NCBI GenBank assembly: GCA_964405075.1
Contig: CAYOMP010000001.1
Location: 1 to 59,354 of the forward strand
Direction: 5' to 3'
DNA: 59,354 bases
DNA from: an uncultured Lachnospiraceae bacterium
GTDB lineage: Bacteria; Bacillota; Clostridia; Lachnospirales; Lachnospiraceae
Shown: positions 59,249 through 59,354 of the stretch, one piece after another
How positions within the stretch are numbered: position 1 is the first letter of the stretch
How the letters are laid out: each line of letters begins with the position of its first letter
Translations under genes and position numbers: made by a program
The notes under the pieces: generated by a model
The model's input: only the letters and a program-made list of their open reading frames with translations
Told to the model about the DNA's origin: nothing
Database searches by the model: none

Positions 59249-59354
59249 ATGAAACAAGTAGGTGTGGTAATCTGCAATTATAATAAAGCGGATTATGTTT
59301 TAATGTGTATACAATCTGTTTTAGAGTCGGTATTTCAGGATTTTGATATTTATG
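59249..59354 (+). CDS. family 2 glycosyltransferase, N-terminal 35 codons (runs off the window)
   Basis: MKQVGVVICNYNKADYVLMCIQSVLES is a typical GT2 start. GGGGGA RBS. Confidence 0.6.
   Translation, partial: MKQVGVVICNYNKADYVLMCIQSVLESVFQDFDIY

Overview
Low-GC Gram-positive chromosomal segment of Clostridia type. Pointers are the spmA/spmB spore-maturation genes, an Agr-type LytTR system, a PPi-type phosphofructokinase and many glycoside hydrolases. It looks Lachnospiraceae/Clostridiales-like, but the taxon cannot be proven from this window. About 45 apparently intact genes, mostly on the + strand. In order: (1) 0-4.1 kb accessory patch with a DinJ antitoxin, a nonsense-mutated ParE toxin, an orphan cbiL, an integrase fragment and a surface-protein fragment. 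(2) ArsC/Spx-like protein, lipoprotein, acyltransferase. (3) MarR plus heterodimeric ABC exporter. (4) AraC, a GPH symporter with an in-frame TGA, GH78 rhamnosidase and an AKR/Fe-S reductase. (5) A collapsed remnant of a LytTR/kinase locus, PhoH2, an MFS transporter, a ppk1 fragment and an HD protein. (6) An intact LytTR regulator and AgrC-like kinase, then GH2, a membrane-tethered permuted GH3 and a GPH symporter. (7) OmpR regulator, a kinase with no membrane segment, and a MacB/FtsX-type ABC transporter. (8) Arabinan locus: SodC-like protein, GH43, two GH51 genes and a GH127 remnant, followed by an MCP, an orphan sugar-binding lipoprotein and a long ArsR regulator, all bracketed by copies of one hairpin/repeat element. 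(9) TetR/ABM-like/SDR, pfp, ROK fructokinase and a 7TM hybrid kinase. (10) DegV, a YdjG/YdjH-like pair, spmAB, a 134-nt highly structured intergenic element, GNAT and the start of a GT2 gene. I saw no rRNA, tRNA, CRISPR array or intact mobile element. I could not identify a complete, obviously novel defence-type system. The most unusual items are the repeat-bracketed MCP + orphan binding-protein module, the multi-helix intergenic element at 58.1-58.2 kb, the collapsed ghost copy of the two-component locus, and an unusually high load of nonsense and fragment pseudogenes. All family calls come from reading motifs in the translations; no database search was run.
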